This document shows positions 50,101-59,076 of a DNA stretch of 64,000 nt, piece after piece. Origin of the DNA: Planctomycetota bacterium. GTDB lineage: Bacteria > Planctomycetota > MHYJ01 > WSZJ01. Under the pieces are notes generated by a model. That model was not told the origin of the DNA. It saw only the letters and a list, made by a program, of their open reading frames with translations, and made no database searches. The position numbers were made by a program, and so were the translations under genes. The stretch covers positions 17,158 to 81,157 of the forward strand of contig WSZJ01000001.1 in the NCBI GenBank assembly GCA_009773755.1, in the 5' to 3' direction. Numbering within the stretch: the first letter of the stretch is position 1; each line of letters begins with the position of its first letter.

Positions 50101-50967
50101 GACAAGCGCGCCGTTCAGCCAGATCTTCACGCTCATCGACGTCACGATCCGGATCCAGCCGTCACGCTCGTCCGGGCACATCAGCGCCGCGTGCATGAAG
50201 AAACAAGATCCGCGGTTCGTGAAGGACCGCACCGCTGTGGTGCCGTCGGTATCCCCCACCCCATGCTCCACCGCGGCCCACACCGCCTTCCCCGTCCCCA
50301 CCGTGTACGCCGCCGCCGGCTTGAATTCGCTCTCCGGCGGAAGCGGGTCGTCCCAGCACGCCGCGCCGCCCTGGCCGAAGAAACCGATCGAGTGCCACTT
50401 TGCGATGTGCCCCTGCGCCTTCCACTCCTCCAGCGCCAGGTCCGTCCGAACCTGCGTCTCGTAGAGGCTCTCGAGCCACTGATGAAGCGCGAACTGCGTG
50501 AAGACGTTTTTCGTCTTCGACAGAAGGTCCTTCGCGAATTCGATCCGCTTCGGCACGGCCCACTGGTTGAAGAGGCTCTGCTGGACGCGGCCGACGCGGA
50601 AGAGCGCCTCGACGCGGGCGGAATCGGGCTCGGCGAGGGCGAGGTTTCTGACCGCATCGGCGCCGATGTCATTCTGCATGCGGGAGAGAGAAGAGGTGTG
50701 GACGCCTTCCCAGGCGTCACCCGACTTCGGGTCGAGCTCGGCCGCCCGCTTGAATTCCACGAGCGCGCGGTCGGCGTCGTTCTGATAGAGGAGGAGCGCC
50801 CAGCCGAGCTTGACCTGGTCGGCGCACGAGCGCCTGGACTCGGGAATGCTCGTCAGCTTTGCGGTCGCGGCCTCGGCGGATTCCTTGTCGAGCCAGAAGA
50901 TGGAATCGTCGGCGCGAAGGGAGAGGGCTGAGAAAAGAAGGAGTGTGAGAAGGCGAAGGCTTTTCAT
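47122..50967 (-). CDS. Large secreted TPR + DUF3857/transglutaminase-like domain protein
   Basis: It starts at MKSLRLLTLLLFSALSLRADD. It has an N-terminal TPR-like region and a central beta-rich domain. A transglutaminase-like core lies around GCADREAKVRAIFKYV...LFMSLLRAAEIP. Confidence 0.8.
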   Translation of the reverse strand: MKSLRLLTLLLFSALSLRADDSIFWLDKESAEAATAKLTSIPESRRSCADQVKLGWALLLYQNDADRALVEFKRAAELDPKSGDAWEGVHTSSLSRMQNDIGADAVRNLALAEPDSARVEALFRVGRVQQSLFNQWAVPKRIEFAKDLLSKTKNVFTQFALHQWLESLYETQVRTDLALEEWKAQGHIAKWHSIGFFGQGGAACWDDPLPPESEFKPAAAYTVGTGKAVWAAVEHGVGDTDGTTAVRSFTNRGSCFFMHAALMCPDERDGWIRIVTSMSVKIWLNGALVGVNDLVRYEGSNEKWYGVTLSKGANVLLVKYVAPGFQYAHELTLHHADGRSMTDVESAILDKEADKAPNGREARGGQLAGDCYSTLVPKAKDLAACTLREAVLVTQLLQVAGLSQEAEDVCVRAFDKGVLSAYVQFFRGAFVADYEFLPPSRRANIARTHQERAVALDPRFVPSLLSLSREKAEKETEKAVDILQQILSANPNCPEAWTALAQIQANRGWRAEQIKALRRAAECGAGDYGNAAALAREHAAELNYPAAFEVIAAIKKANGFVAYWEEIELLGQAGKVDEQMAALEAYRKCYPRNDGVVQQIAALRERQGKLDEAEALIREAVAMNPRNGSTLQRLLQFYVDHNLLEKARALMADVLKAPARINAYDEASRRYLAFLAGDGDDWTKPWDMDVAKLVKEAPSPDKFGKTLHTAVLFEQRLVRIIGADFKWMEEDEHRVIMILSKEGGEQYGQLPLGRGDWEHFRIRELRVFTPDGRILEADDAQDRGGIRMPELERGAVLEFRTSTSRGPIGVDQPVFAVETPAPFRHFNEPVLLSRYVVVMPKGAPVRLVAPRMEEAKVTDTAETTTHEWEFRDLAEIEEELSMAPEDEWLATVKFLSGKPTMEPTIENFRSQAMGLPVTLDVVAKAAELTKGCADREAKVRAIFKYVVSEIKAGQNRIPSHTLAEKEGQADDLFMSLLRAAEIPFGLAFARGPKPMWKEYDPDLGQPPYGTPIFLVHLDRKDVWLWPSRWNSWGALPNNVYGGDAMVVEGRNVYFRDMPSVPLEEKVISVRLHAKVDENAMADVGGALVFSQGIAGMVRNQLEQVVDPAQLRTIVQQRANMFFKGVTVAKTEVNEFDLDQPELAISFEGTCKSFAQRKPDSDRITFRGIAPPLNLSQQLVRESDRKLPMRAYWAQQVTTCGWMTIELPDYAEIKVPDSVALATEFGTYNLTYRLDGRTLSVERRAEFNQMDIDPSRWGAFGDLCKAIDDAEKRQVVLRVKGK

Positions 50968-51094
50968 GAGAACTCCGCAGGGTTGGACGAACGGCTTCAT
51001 TTGAACTCCCGGTCGGTTGCTTTCGTGGCTGTGGCCGTCGCTCCAGGTGAGCTTCAGAATCGATTGGAGGCTCTTCGCTGACTCAGGACCGGCC

Positions 51095-51261
51095 TATCCG
51101 TTTTCATCCGTTGTTATCCGCGACCAAAGCCGTTTCTATCGACTTTTCTTCCTGCTTTTCATTCAGCTCGTTGGGTCAGAGCTTCAAGATCCGGATGAAA
51201 GACCGGATCAACCCCGATACGAACGTCCTTGGTCGCGGATAACAACGGATGAAAACGGATA
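51095..51261. mobile_element. MITE-like element: 167 bp with perfect 33-bp terminal inverted repeats and a lower-GC core
   Basis: The left terminal repeat tatccgttttcatccgttgttatccgcgaccaa (51095-51127) is the exact reverse complement of the right one (51229-51261). The 101-bp interior contains cggatgaaa sub-repeats. It has no coding capacity. Confidence 0.55.
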
Positions 51262-51307
51262 CGCCCGGCTTTGCGGGCGATTCTCTGAGCTACTCCCCTG
51301 ACCTTTG

Positions 51308-54300
51308 CTACTTCTCCGGCTCAATCACGATTTCGTCGTCCTGCGCACGGTCGATTTCTCCTGCGAAATCTCTCCACGCCTTGTAGTCCCCCTTCGGAAT
51401 CCGCGGCGCCTTCAATGTCATGCCGCTCTCGACCTCGATCCGGTTTCCGTCCGCCCTCGCCTTCAGGTGGAACGCGCCGAGCGGCGTGTCGCGGTCGACC
51501 GCCGCGGGCAGGCTGCGCGCCTTCCAGCCGGCCGGCAATTCGAAGATCACCTTCTCGCTCCGCGTCCGCGGGAATTCGAGCAGCAGGTCGTGCTGCCGCT
51601 CCGAGAGCTGCCCGTAGTTCTCGAGCATCTTCGAGGGGAACAGCGACGGACGGATCACGACGCCGCGGCCTTCCTTGCGCGCAAAGTGCGGCACGCTGTA
51701 CTCCGCCGTGTACTCGACCGGCAGGTTGTAGTTCGACAGGTCGTTGAACGAGAGCTTGTTCACCTTCACCGAGTCGAACGTCCTGTTGTACCAGCTCTCC
51801 CACTCCTTCTCGCGCTTCGCCCCTTCCTGGAACCGGCTCCGCATCTGCCCGGCGTCCATCCCCGTCACCGTCCCCTTCTCTACGACCGTCGCGCTTCCGT
51901 CCTCCTTGATCGTCACCGTGATCACGCGCTGGCGGGCGTTCATCTCCGGCGGGAGCCAGTCGCTGATCTGCGCGGCGGCCTTGTCGTCCTGCCGCACGAT
52001 GAAAACAAGCGCGCCCTGGTCCATCGACGGCAGGTCCTTCACCGAGTAGTAGCGCGCCGTGCCGTCGACAAACATTCCTTTGCCGTTCCCCGCGTCCGGC
52101 ACCCACGCGATGCAGTGGTCGAATACCTTCATCGACGGCAGCCCCGTCGCAATCGCGCCGCCGGAATTCGTCCGGATGAGCACCATGTTCGCCTCTTCAC
52201 CGGCCTCGCGCATCATCGTCACGAAGAGCGTCGCCGTGTCCTTGCAGTCGCCGTAGTGGCGCTCGAACGTCTCGCTGGCCTTGAAGGGCAGGTACGCGTG
52301 GTTCTCGAGGCCGAGCGCCTCGTAGCGCGTCCGGCTCACCATGAGCTGGTACAGCGCCTCGATCTTTTCCATTTTCGTCTTCGCGCCCGCCACCGCCTTC
52401 TTCACCTCGACCTTCATTTCCTCCGACGCCTCGAACCGGTCCTTCACCAGCCCGCTGAACCACTCGCCGACGTCCTGCCAGGTCTTGAAGGTCGAGAAGT
52501 GCAGGTACGGGACCGTCTCGTAGAACGCGGGCATCGCGGGCTCGTCCTGGATATAGCCGATGTTGGCGATCTCCCAGGTCGTGATCAGCGTCTTGTCCTT
52601 CTGGGTGATCTCAGGCTTCGAATTGAACCGCACCGCTTCGTGGTAAATCGGCTTCGTCTCCGGGTGCACCAGCGTGATCTTCGCGTTCGCGACCGGCTGG
52701 AATTCCGGCTGAAGCGGCAGGAGCAGCCCGAAGTACCCCTTGTAGCGCGGCTCGCCGCTCTCCTCCATCTGGAACTCCATCACGATCACGTCGCCCGCGT
52801 TGGGATTCGGGAAGCGGCAGCTCCACTGCCCTTCGCGCCGTTCGCCCTCGACCTCGGTCCCGTCCGGGCGGATGAGCTTCGCCGTCCTGAATTCCGCGCG
52901 CCCGCCGCTGAACGTGTCGAAATGCCCGCCGATCGCGGAGGCGAAGCGGAAATCGTTGGCGGCCTTGTCGTCGTGCAGCTTGATGACCTGCTGGGTGAAG
53001 TAATTGCAGGTTCCGTTCTCGTTCACGAAGACGGCGTCGTGCTTGAAGAGGTAGGTCGCCGACTCGTCGCCCTGTTTCCTGGCTGCCTTGGCCGCGTCGA
53101 GGTAGGGCTTCAGCTCGACTTCGTACCCGCGCCAGAATTCTTTCTCCTTCGGCTTGAGCGACCGGAGCCGCTTCGTCACGTCGGGCTGGTTCGGCCGGAC
53201 CGCGAGCGCGTCGCCCAGCCATTTCACGGCTTCGTCGTTCTTCTCCGCCGAAATCGCGCAGTTCGCGGCCGCGATCATCGCGCTGATGTTCTCCGGTGAA
53301 ATCGCGAGCGCGGCCCGGTACCGCGCCGTCGCCTTGTCCCATTCCCCTCTCGACTCGTGAATCGACGCGGCCAGCATGTGCGCATTCACGTCGAAGGGCT
53401 GCATCGCGAGCCTGCCGTCGCAGAGCGCGATCGCCTTCGCGAACTCCCCGGTCCTGCGATAAACGCCGATCAGCTGCCCGCGCACTCCGAAGTCGAGCCC
53501 CCAGCCCGCAAGCCTTTCCTCGAGCCACTTCGTCTGCTCCACCGGCGCGTCGTTCGACATCCGCGCCAGGTCCGCCTTCGCGATCCCGTGGTTCGGGAAG
53601 TCCTTGATGATCCCCTGGTAGATCTTCTTCGCCTCGTTCACCCACACGCCGCCGCGCCGCGCGTAGAGCTGCGCGAGGTCCATCCGCGCCATGACCATCC
53701 CCTTGCGCGCCGCGAGCGCTTCCTCGAAGCGCATCTTCGCCTTGTCGTCGATCTGCCCCTGGTGCAGTTCGCCCTCCTTGCAGAGGATGAGCGCGGAGCC
53801 CGGGGAGAGATCCATGGCCTTGTGGAGCGCCGGCAGCCGGCGGTTCTTCGCCTCCTCGGCCGACCCGAGCCAGAGCCAGAACACCGGCTCGCCGTCGGCG
53901 ATCTTCACCGCCTCGCGCAGCAGGTCGCGCGCTCCGCGGTCGTTCTCGTCCAGCTCGTGGCGGTGCAACTTCAGGAACGCGAGCCGCGCCCGCGACAGCG
54001 CGTCGTCGCTCTTCGCCTTCACATTTTCGACCAGCACGCCCTCGGATCCGGTCTCGACTTTCGGCGCCTCAACGCCCGACCGCTCCGAAACCTTCAGCCC
54101 CTTCGCTCTCGCCAGGTCCCCTTCGCTCTCCCACCCGGCCAGCTTCCGCCCGTCCGGTTCCGTCAGGCGAAGCCCGAATTCCCACGACAGGTCTTCGAGA
54201 TTCTTCGTGTCCTCGCCGCCGCCTTTCTGGCAGACCTTCACGAGAATCACGTTCCAGCCCTTCTCCAGCACCGCCCCCGCCGCGTCCTGGTCGAATCCCG

Positions 54301-55132
54301 CCTGCCGGTAGCAGTCGGAAGTCAGCGCGAGCTTTCCGTTCACCCAGACTTTCGTCGCGCCGTCGCTCGCAAGGCGAAGCGCCACGGGTTTCGTCGCATC
54401 GCTTTTCACGTAGGCCGCGGCGTACGCGCAGACGTCGCTCGCGAGCCGGAAGAGCTGCGCCATGTCGACTTCGCCGAAGCTGGCGCGCGCGGCCGAACGG
54501 AACCAGCGGTTCGCCCCGTGCTTCCCTTCGTGTTCCTTGTCGAGTCCGGAATCCTTCTCCGGCCCGTACACGTTCTTGAAGCCGGTCTCCGACTCGTTGT
54601 CGAACGGCCCGCAGAGGAACCAGTCGCGCACGAAGCCCAGCTCGACCGCCTCCTTCTCCGCGTCCGCGATCTTCCCTTTTCCCCTCGCCACCAGCATCCG
54701 GTAGTTCCGCGCGTGCGCCTCGGCCAGCGGATGAAGCCCTTTCGGCAGCAGCCGGTCCGTCGCCCGGACGATTTCCTCCGTCACGTCGTCGTCCGCAAAG
54801 TCCGCGGCTTCCATGTAGCGCGACCAGTAGTAGTCACACATGGGGGAAGCGGCGTTTGCGGCCATGAGCGATTCGTACGCCTTCATTTCGTTGTCGAAAT
54901 CGCCGGAGAGCATCTGTCGAAGCGCGGCTTCTTCCTCGCCGAGCGGCACGGTCTTCGGCTTCGCCGCAGGCTTTTCATCCGGCTTGTCCGCGGGTTTGTC
55001 CGCGGGCTTGTCGGTGGTGGCTGTCGTCCCTCCGCCGCCGGAATCGGCGGGCTTCTTTTCGGATTCGGAAGAGCACCCCGCGAAGACGGCGGCGAGGAAG
55101 AGGGCAGCAGCGGCGGCGGGGAGAAAACGCAT
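51308..55132 (-). CDS. Large TPR + DUF3857/transglutaminase-like lipoprotein, tandem paralog of 47122-50967
   Basis: It starts at MRFLPAAAAALFLAAVFAGC (lipobox). It has (KPAD)n repeats near the N-terminus and a TPR region. The transglutaminase-like core is HYGDCKDTATLFVTMMREAG. Confidence 0.8.
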   Translation of the reverse strand: MRFLPAAAAALFLAAVFAGCSSESEKKPADSGGGGTTATTDKPADKPADKPDEKPAAKPKTVPLGEEEAALRQMLSGDFDNEMKAYESLMAANAASPMCDYYWSRYMEAADFADDDVTEEIVRATDRLLPKGLHPLAEAHARNYRMLVARGKGKIADAEKEAVELGFVRDWFLCGPFDNESETGFKNVYGPEKDSGLDKEHEGKHGANRWFRSAARASFGEVDMAQLFRLASDVCAYAAAYVKSDATKPVALRLASDGATKVWVNGKLALTSDCYRQAGFDQDAAGAVLEKGWNVILVKVCQKGGGEDTKNLEDLSWEFGLRLTEPDGRKLAGWESEGDLARAKGLKVSERSGVEAPKVETGSEGVLVENVKAKSDDALSRARLAFLKLHRHELDENDRGARDLLREAVKIADGEPVFWLWLGSAEEAKNRRLPALHKAMDLSPGSALILCKEGELHQGQIDDKAKMRFEEALAARKGMVMARMDLAQLYARRGGVWVNEAKKIYQGIIKDFPNHGIAKADLARMSNDAPVEQTKWLEERLAGWGLDFGVRGQLIGVYRRTGEFAKAIALCDGRLAMQPFDVNAHMLAASIHESRGEWDKATARYRAALAISPENISAMIAAANCAISAEKNDEAVKWLGDALAVRPNQPDVTKRLRSLKPKEKEFWRGYEVELKPYLDAAKAARKQGDESATYLFKHDAVFVNENGTCNYFTQQVIKLHDDKAANDFRFASAIGGHFDTFSGGRAEFRTAKLIRPDGTEVEGERREGQWSCRFPNPNAGDVIVMEFQMEESGEPRYKGYFGLLLPLQPEFQPVANAKITLVHPETKPIYHEAVRFNSKPEITQKDKTLITTWEIANIGYIQDEPAMPAFYETVPYLHFSTFKTWQDVGEWFSGLVKDRFEASEEMKVEVKKAVAGAKTKMEKIEALYQLMVSRTRYEALGLENHAYLPFKASETFERHYGDCKDTATLFVTMMREAGEEANMVLIRTNSGGAIATGLPSMKVFDHCIAWVPDAGNGKGMFVDGTARYYSVKDLPSMDQGALVFIVRQDDKAAAQISDWLPPEMNARQRVITVTIKEDGSATVVEKGTVTGMDAGQMRSRFQEGAKREKEWESWYNRTFDSVKVNKLSFNDLSNYNLPVEYTAEYSVPHFARKEGRGVVIRPSLFPSKMLENYGQLSERQHDLLLEFPRTRSEKVIFELPAGWKARSLPAAVDRDTPLGAFHLKARADGNRIEVESGMTLKAPRIPKGDYKAWRDFAGEIDRAQDDEIVIEPEK

Positions 55133-55267
55133 GGAAGGCTCCCGAAAAAGAGTGGCCCCGGAACGGCGCGGGGGTGCCACTATAACGAACGTCTTGGGAG
55201 AGCGAAGGTTGAATTGGAACGGACGGACCGTCCTGGAGGAGGGCATGAGGGCGCTCCGAGTCGTCAA

Positions 55268-55328
55268 TTTAGAATTTATAATTCTAAATTAGTAATCATA
55301 AATTATATATTTGACTTAAAGCTCCGCA
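55268..55328. promoter_or_regulatory. AT-rich island (about 15% GC) with a 9-bp-arm palindrome tttagaatt-tat-aattctaaa
   Basis: The stretch tttagaatttataattctaaattagtaatcataaattatatatttgactt is strikingly AT-rich within a roughly 68% GC genome. It lies upstream of the 55132 start and downstream of the acyltransferase gene. Confidence 0.4.
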
Positions 55329-56294
55329 TCATTTCAGCGGACTCACTCCCCCTTCAAGCCCCGCCAGCTTCCTCGCAATATTGCTCATCGGCTCGCTCTT
55401 CTCCCAGTACGGATCGAAGATGTACCACTGCTCGGGGTTCTCCCGGATTTTCGATTCAAGCACCTTCACGAGCGCCTGCATCGCCGCTTCAACCCTCTCC
55501 ATCTTGGTCCCCTTCTCCGGCAGCAGCACCGGCTCCGCGACGTCGGCGTAATACCGCCCTCCTGGCCCCATCGTCACGAATGCCGGAAGGATCGGCGCGC
55601 CGGTCATGAGGGAGAGGATCGCGGGGCCGCGGGGAAAGCGGGCGCGGCGGCCGAAGAAGTCGAGCTCGACCGGATCGGTTTCGACGAAATTGCGGTCGGT
55701 GAGCATGCAGACCACCCGGTTTTTCTCCAGCGCGTTCATCATGTCGATCGGCGACATCTGGCCGGCCGCGATGATGACGATTTCGATCCCGTTCGCGCGG
55801 CGGACCGAGTCGCGCCACTGGTTGACCGCCTCGTTCATGGGGTCCGTCACGCTCACGGCCGTCACAGGCATGCCCTGCAGACGCAGCGAGACACCTCCCA
55901 GCTCCCAGCAGCCCAGGTGCGCCGTCGCGAGAATCACGCCCTTGCCCGCCTTCAGCGCTTCGTCGATCCTCCCGATCCCGCGCATCGGCTGATGGAACAT
56001 CTTCGGGATCCACGCCTTCGTCATGCGCGGGATGCGGAAGTAGTCCATCATGAACATTCCGTAGTTCATGAGAAGCCGGTCGGCGGCCGCCGCGAGATCC
56101 GTCCCCGGAGGCATCACGGGCTCCAGGTTTTTCGCGACAATCGTGCGCACTTTCCCGAACGTCCCGAACGTGATGACCCAGCGAGTCCGCAGCTTCGAAA
56201 ACAGCCGCGCCAGCCACCGCGGCATCCAGCCGACGAGAAAGGTGAGGCGCCTGAAGCGCCGGATCTGCCGTTCGATGTCAGCGCTGGAGCTCAC
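55329..56294 (-). CDS. Lysophospholipid / lipid A-type acyltransferase (LPLAT, HtrB/MsbB-like)
   Basis: An HX4D-like region ATAHLGCWELGG and the LPLAT fold pattern. Confidence 0.75.
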   Translation of the reverse strand: MSSSADIERQIRRFRRLTFLVGWMPRWLARLFSKLRTRWVITFGTFGKVRTIVAKNLEPVMPPGTDLAAAADRLLMNYGMFMMDYFRIPRMTKAWIPKMFHQPMRGIGRIDEALKAGKGVILATAHLGCWELGGVSLRLQGMPVTAVSVTDPMNEAVNQWRDSVRRANGIEIVIIAAGQMSPIDMMNALEKNRVVCMLTDRNFVETDPVELDFFGRRARFPRGPAILSLMTGAPILPAFVTMGPGGRYYADVAEPVLLPEKGTKMERVEAAMQALVKVLESKIRENPEQWYIFDPYWEKSEPMSNIARKLAGLEGGVSPLK

Positions 56295-57357
56295 CGCGCG
56301 CCTCCCGGGCTTCCAGTTCCCGCAGTTGGGCCTGCCAGTCCTCCAGCTCGACCCCGCGCTCGCGCCATTTGCGGAGGTGGGCCAGAAGAGCGCGCTCGTC
56401 GCCGCGCTTTTCGATCATCATCGCGTGGTTATTCCCGAGGGCAGGATGGCGCATCCCGCGCTCGTCGGCCAGCTCGTAAAGCGCTTCGGCGACGCGGTTC
56501 TTCTCCGCCTTCTGCGCCGAGATGCCCGCTTCGAAGACCCACTCAGGTTCGCGCGCCAGGGGCGCCTTGCGGGCGGCTTCGACGAGCTCGAACGCCCGCG
56601 ATTCGTCCCCCGCGATCGCCGCTTCCGCCGCGGCCTGCACTCGCCAGGCGGAGCTCCAGGCGGGGCGCGCCGCGGCGGCGCCGAGGGCGGCGAGAGCTGC
56701 GAAGAAGAGGATCGACTTGAGGAGGGACGGCTTGCTGGACAGGCGTCCGCGATCGCGACCGGCGAGGGCGGGGACGACGGCGGCGGAGACGGCCCAGCCG
56801 CCGAGGATGCCGCCGATGTGACCGGCGTTGGAGACGCGGGCGATCGTGAAGCCAAATGCGATATTGATGAAGAGCCAGACGAAGAACTGGCTGCCGACCG
56901 GGTCGCGGAGGACGGCGCGGAAGGAGCCGAGCCGGACGCGTTCGAAGCGGAGGAAGGTGGCCATGATGCCGCAGATGGCGCCCGAGGCGCCGAGGCTTGC
57001 TGGCTCGAAGGCGATGCTCGCGAGGGAACCGGCGATGCCTGCGCCGAAGTAGATGGCGGCGAACCGCGCGGACCCGATGGTGCGCTCGAGCGACGGGCAG
57101 AGCTGCCAGAGCGCGTACATGTTCAGGAGAATGTGCAGAAAACCGCCGTGCAGGAACATGGCGGTGACGGGCCGCCAGACCTCGCCGTGCGAAAAGCCGG
57201 TCTGCATGTTCATGCCCCACATCTTGATCGCTTCGCCGCGCCCGTCCGGGAACGCGAGGTCCGTCGCGACAAAGAGAATGGCGCACGCGCCGAGCAGCCC
57301 GATCGAGACGGGGAACGCCTCGAGCGGCGAACGCCCCTGCCAGCGCTCGAAACTCAC
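56278..57357 (-). CDS. Rhomboid-family intramembrane serine protease with a C-terminal helical extension
   Basis: Catalytic GASGAICG and AGHIGG motifs within six TM segments. Confidence 0.85.
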   Translation of the reverse strand: MSFERWQGRSPLEAFPVSIGLLGACAILFVATDLAFPDGRGEAIKMWGMNMQTGFSHGEVWRPVTAMFLHGGFLHILLNMYALWQLCPSLERTIGSARFAAIYFGAGIAGSLASIAFEPASLGASGAICGIMATFLRFERVRLGSFRAVLRDPVGSQFFVWLFINIAFGFTIARVSNAGHIGGILGGWAVSAAVVPALAGRDRGRLSSKPSLLKSILFFAALAALGAAAARPAWSSAWRVQAAAEAAIAGDESRAFELVEAARKAPLAREPEWVFEAGISAQKAEKNRVAEALYELADERGMRHPALGNNHAMMIEKRGDERALLAHLRKWRERGVELEDWQAQLRELEAREARGELQR

Positions 57358-57776
57358 TGCGGGCTCGCCGAAAGCACGAGTTCACCCTCCGCGACCGGCA
57401 CGCCGCCGGCCAGGACGCGAACCGACACTTTGCAGAGAGCGCCGAAGACGCCCGCAACGGCGATCTCGAACACGACGTCCGCCGGCGGGATGACGGGAGC
57501 CTTGAAGCGGAACTTCGAAACGTCGGCGAGAAATCCGCCGCCTCCCTTCCCTCTCGCCGCCAGAAGCACGATCGCGGCGGTCTGCGCGGCGCCCTCGATC
57601 AGCGCCACGCCGGGAACCACCGGGTTCCCCGGAAAATGTCCCGTCAGCCAGGGGTCCCCCGCCGCAAAACGCCGCAGTCCGCGCCCCTTCACGCCCGGCT
57701 CGTCGACCTCCACCGCGTCCACCGTCAGGATCGGCGGCCGGTGCGGAATCCAGGAAGCGGGGTCATCGATACGCAT
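57354..57776 (-). CDS. fabZ: 3-hydroxyacyl-ACP dehydratase (FabZ/FabA-like hotdog)
   Basis: A hotdog pattern (LTGHFPGNPVVPGVALIEGAAQTAAIV). Confidence 0.75.
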   Translation of the reverse strand: MRIDDPASWIPHRPPILTVDAVEVDEPGVKGRGLRRFAAGDPWLTGHFPGNPVVPGVALIEGAAQTAAIVLLAARGKGGGGFLADVSKFRFKAPVIPPADVVFEIAVAGVFGALCKVSVRVLAGGVPVAEGELVLSASPQ

Positions 57777-57800
57777 CGGCGCGGCATTCTACCCGCGGCC

Positions 57801-58061
57801 CTATTTCGCGGAGCGCTTCTCGGAGATGAAGGCCGCCAGCGCGTTCACGCTGCCAAAGGCCTTCTTCCCCATCTCGGCGTCCGCAATGCGGATGCCGTAC
57901 TGGCGCTCGATCCCGACGACGAGCTCGAGCGCGTCGATCGAATCGAGCCCGAGCCCCTCGCCGAAGAGCGGCGCGGCGGCGTCGATCGACGCCGGCTCGA
58001 TTTCCATCTTGAGGCGCGCGACGATCAGCGTCTTGAGGTCGGCAACGAGGTCTTCAGCCAT
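57801..58061 (-). CDS. acpP: Acyl carrier protein
   Basis: The internal start is MAEDLVADLKTL. It has the phosphopantetheine site LGLDSIDALEL. Confidence 0.85.
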   Translation of the reverse strand: MAEDLVADLKTLIVARLKMEIEPASIDAAAPLFGEGLGLDSIDALELVVGIERQYGIRIADAEMGKKAFGSVNALAAFISEKRSAK

Positions 58062-58119
58062 GGGGCGGGAAGTGGACCACAGGGTGCCGGGGGAGTCAAT
58101 GAAGGCGGGGCGGGCAAGA

Positions 58120-58300
58120 AACGACCTAATATCCAATATATAATTTGAAATATACAATATAAAATGAAGTACTTAGACCCGGACTACGGCGTCGCGCAGC
58201 CAGCATCCTGTCTTCACCCTGGAAGAGTCCTCCCGGCCGACGGCCATTTCATATTCTATATTTCATAATACGTATTTGATATTAAGTCGTTTTTGCCGTT
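58120..58300. promoter_or_regulatory. Two inverted AT-rich boxes flanking a GC-rich core in the acpP / 58333 divergent promoter region
   Basis: Box 1 (58126-58166) is aatatccaatatataatttgaaatatacaatataaaatg. Box 2 (58249-58290) is catttcatattctatatttcataatacgtatttgatattaag. They share the inverted motif tgaaatata / tatatttca. Confidence 0.4.
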
Positions 58301-58332
58301 CCCCCCGCAGCTTCGTATTCTCACCCTCACCC

Positions 58333-59076
58333 ATGCGCCGCATCCTCACCATCGGCGTCTTCCTGCTCGCCGCCACCGGACTCTTCGTCACCGCCTTCTT
58401 CGTGCTCGAGAGCTTCCGGCAGAAGGGCGACATCGCGCTCCGCGCGCGCGAAAAGCCGGGGATGAAATTTGCCGTCAACGAGACGCTGACGCACGGCTGG
58501 AAGAACGAAGCGCGCCGCTGGTCCGCCGACCATATCGACGAAATCATGAACGTCGCGGCGGGCAAACCGACCGGCATCCGCCGCACGTACGTTTCTTTCG
58601 AGATGGACGCGTCCGGGCCGCCGCGCCCCACGCCCCTTACCGCCGTCGTCCTCCTCGACTCCAATGGCGCCCGCCTCGAGCCCAACGGCCAGCCCTTCAC
58701 TTCCGCCCCCACTTCCTGGCCCGACCCGTTCTACGGCGCGCTCCCCGACCGCCCCGTCCACCACTTTGCGGAATGGGAAGCGACCTACCCCGAGGCTGTG
58801 GCGATCGCTTCTCTCCTTGCGCGGGCGCCCGCCACAGGCGCACGCCTCCTTTCGAAACTCGAGCCCGACGTGAACCGTGACGGAATCGACTGCTGGCGCA
58901 TCCGGAGCGGCCTCGACGCGACGCTCGAGGACGGCCGGACTCTCAAGATGTGGGGCGACCTCTTCTTCGACAAGAAAGCCGGGATTCTGCTCGACGTGGA
59001 ATGGCTGGGGAATTTCGATTCGGAAAAGGGAGAAGAACGGGTGACCTTCGTCCGGCAGCGCCGGCCCCGGAAGTAA
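58333..59076 (+). CDS. Hypothetical membrane-anchored exported protein
   Basis: It starts at MRRILTIGVFLLAATGLFVTAFFVL (a signal anchor). It has no recognised domain. Confidence 0.5.
   Translation: MRRILTIGVFLLAATGLFVTAFFVLESFRQKGDIALRAREKPGMKFAVNETLTHGWKNEARRWSADHIDEIMNVAAGKPTGIRRTYVSFEMDASGPPRPTPLTAVVLLDSNGARLEPNGQPFTSAPTSWPDPFYGALPDRPVHHFAEWEATYPEAVAIASLLARAPATGARLLSKLEPDVNRDGIDCWRIRSGLDATLEDGRTLKMWGDLFFDKKAGILLDVEWLGNFDSEKGEERVTFVRQRRPRK

Noticed and set aside
51017-51301. A 94-aa ORF overlapping the MITE-like element.
   Set aside because: It spans a non-coding inverted-repeat element. It has no RBS and low-complexity content.
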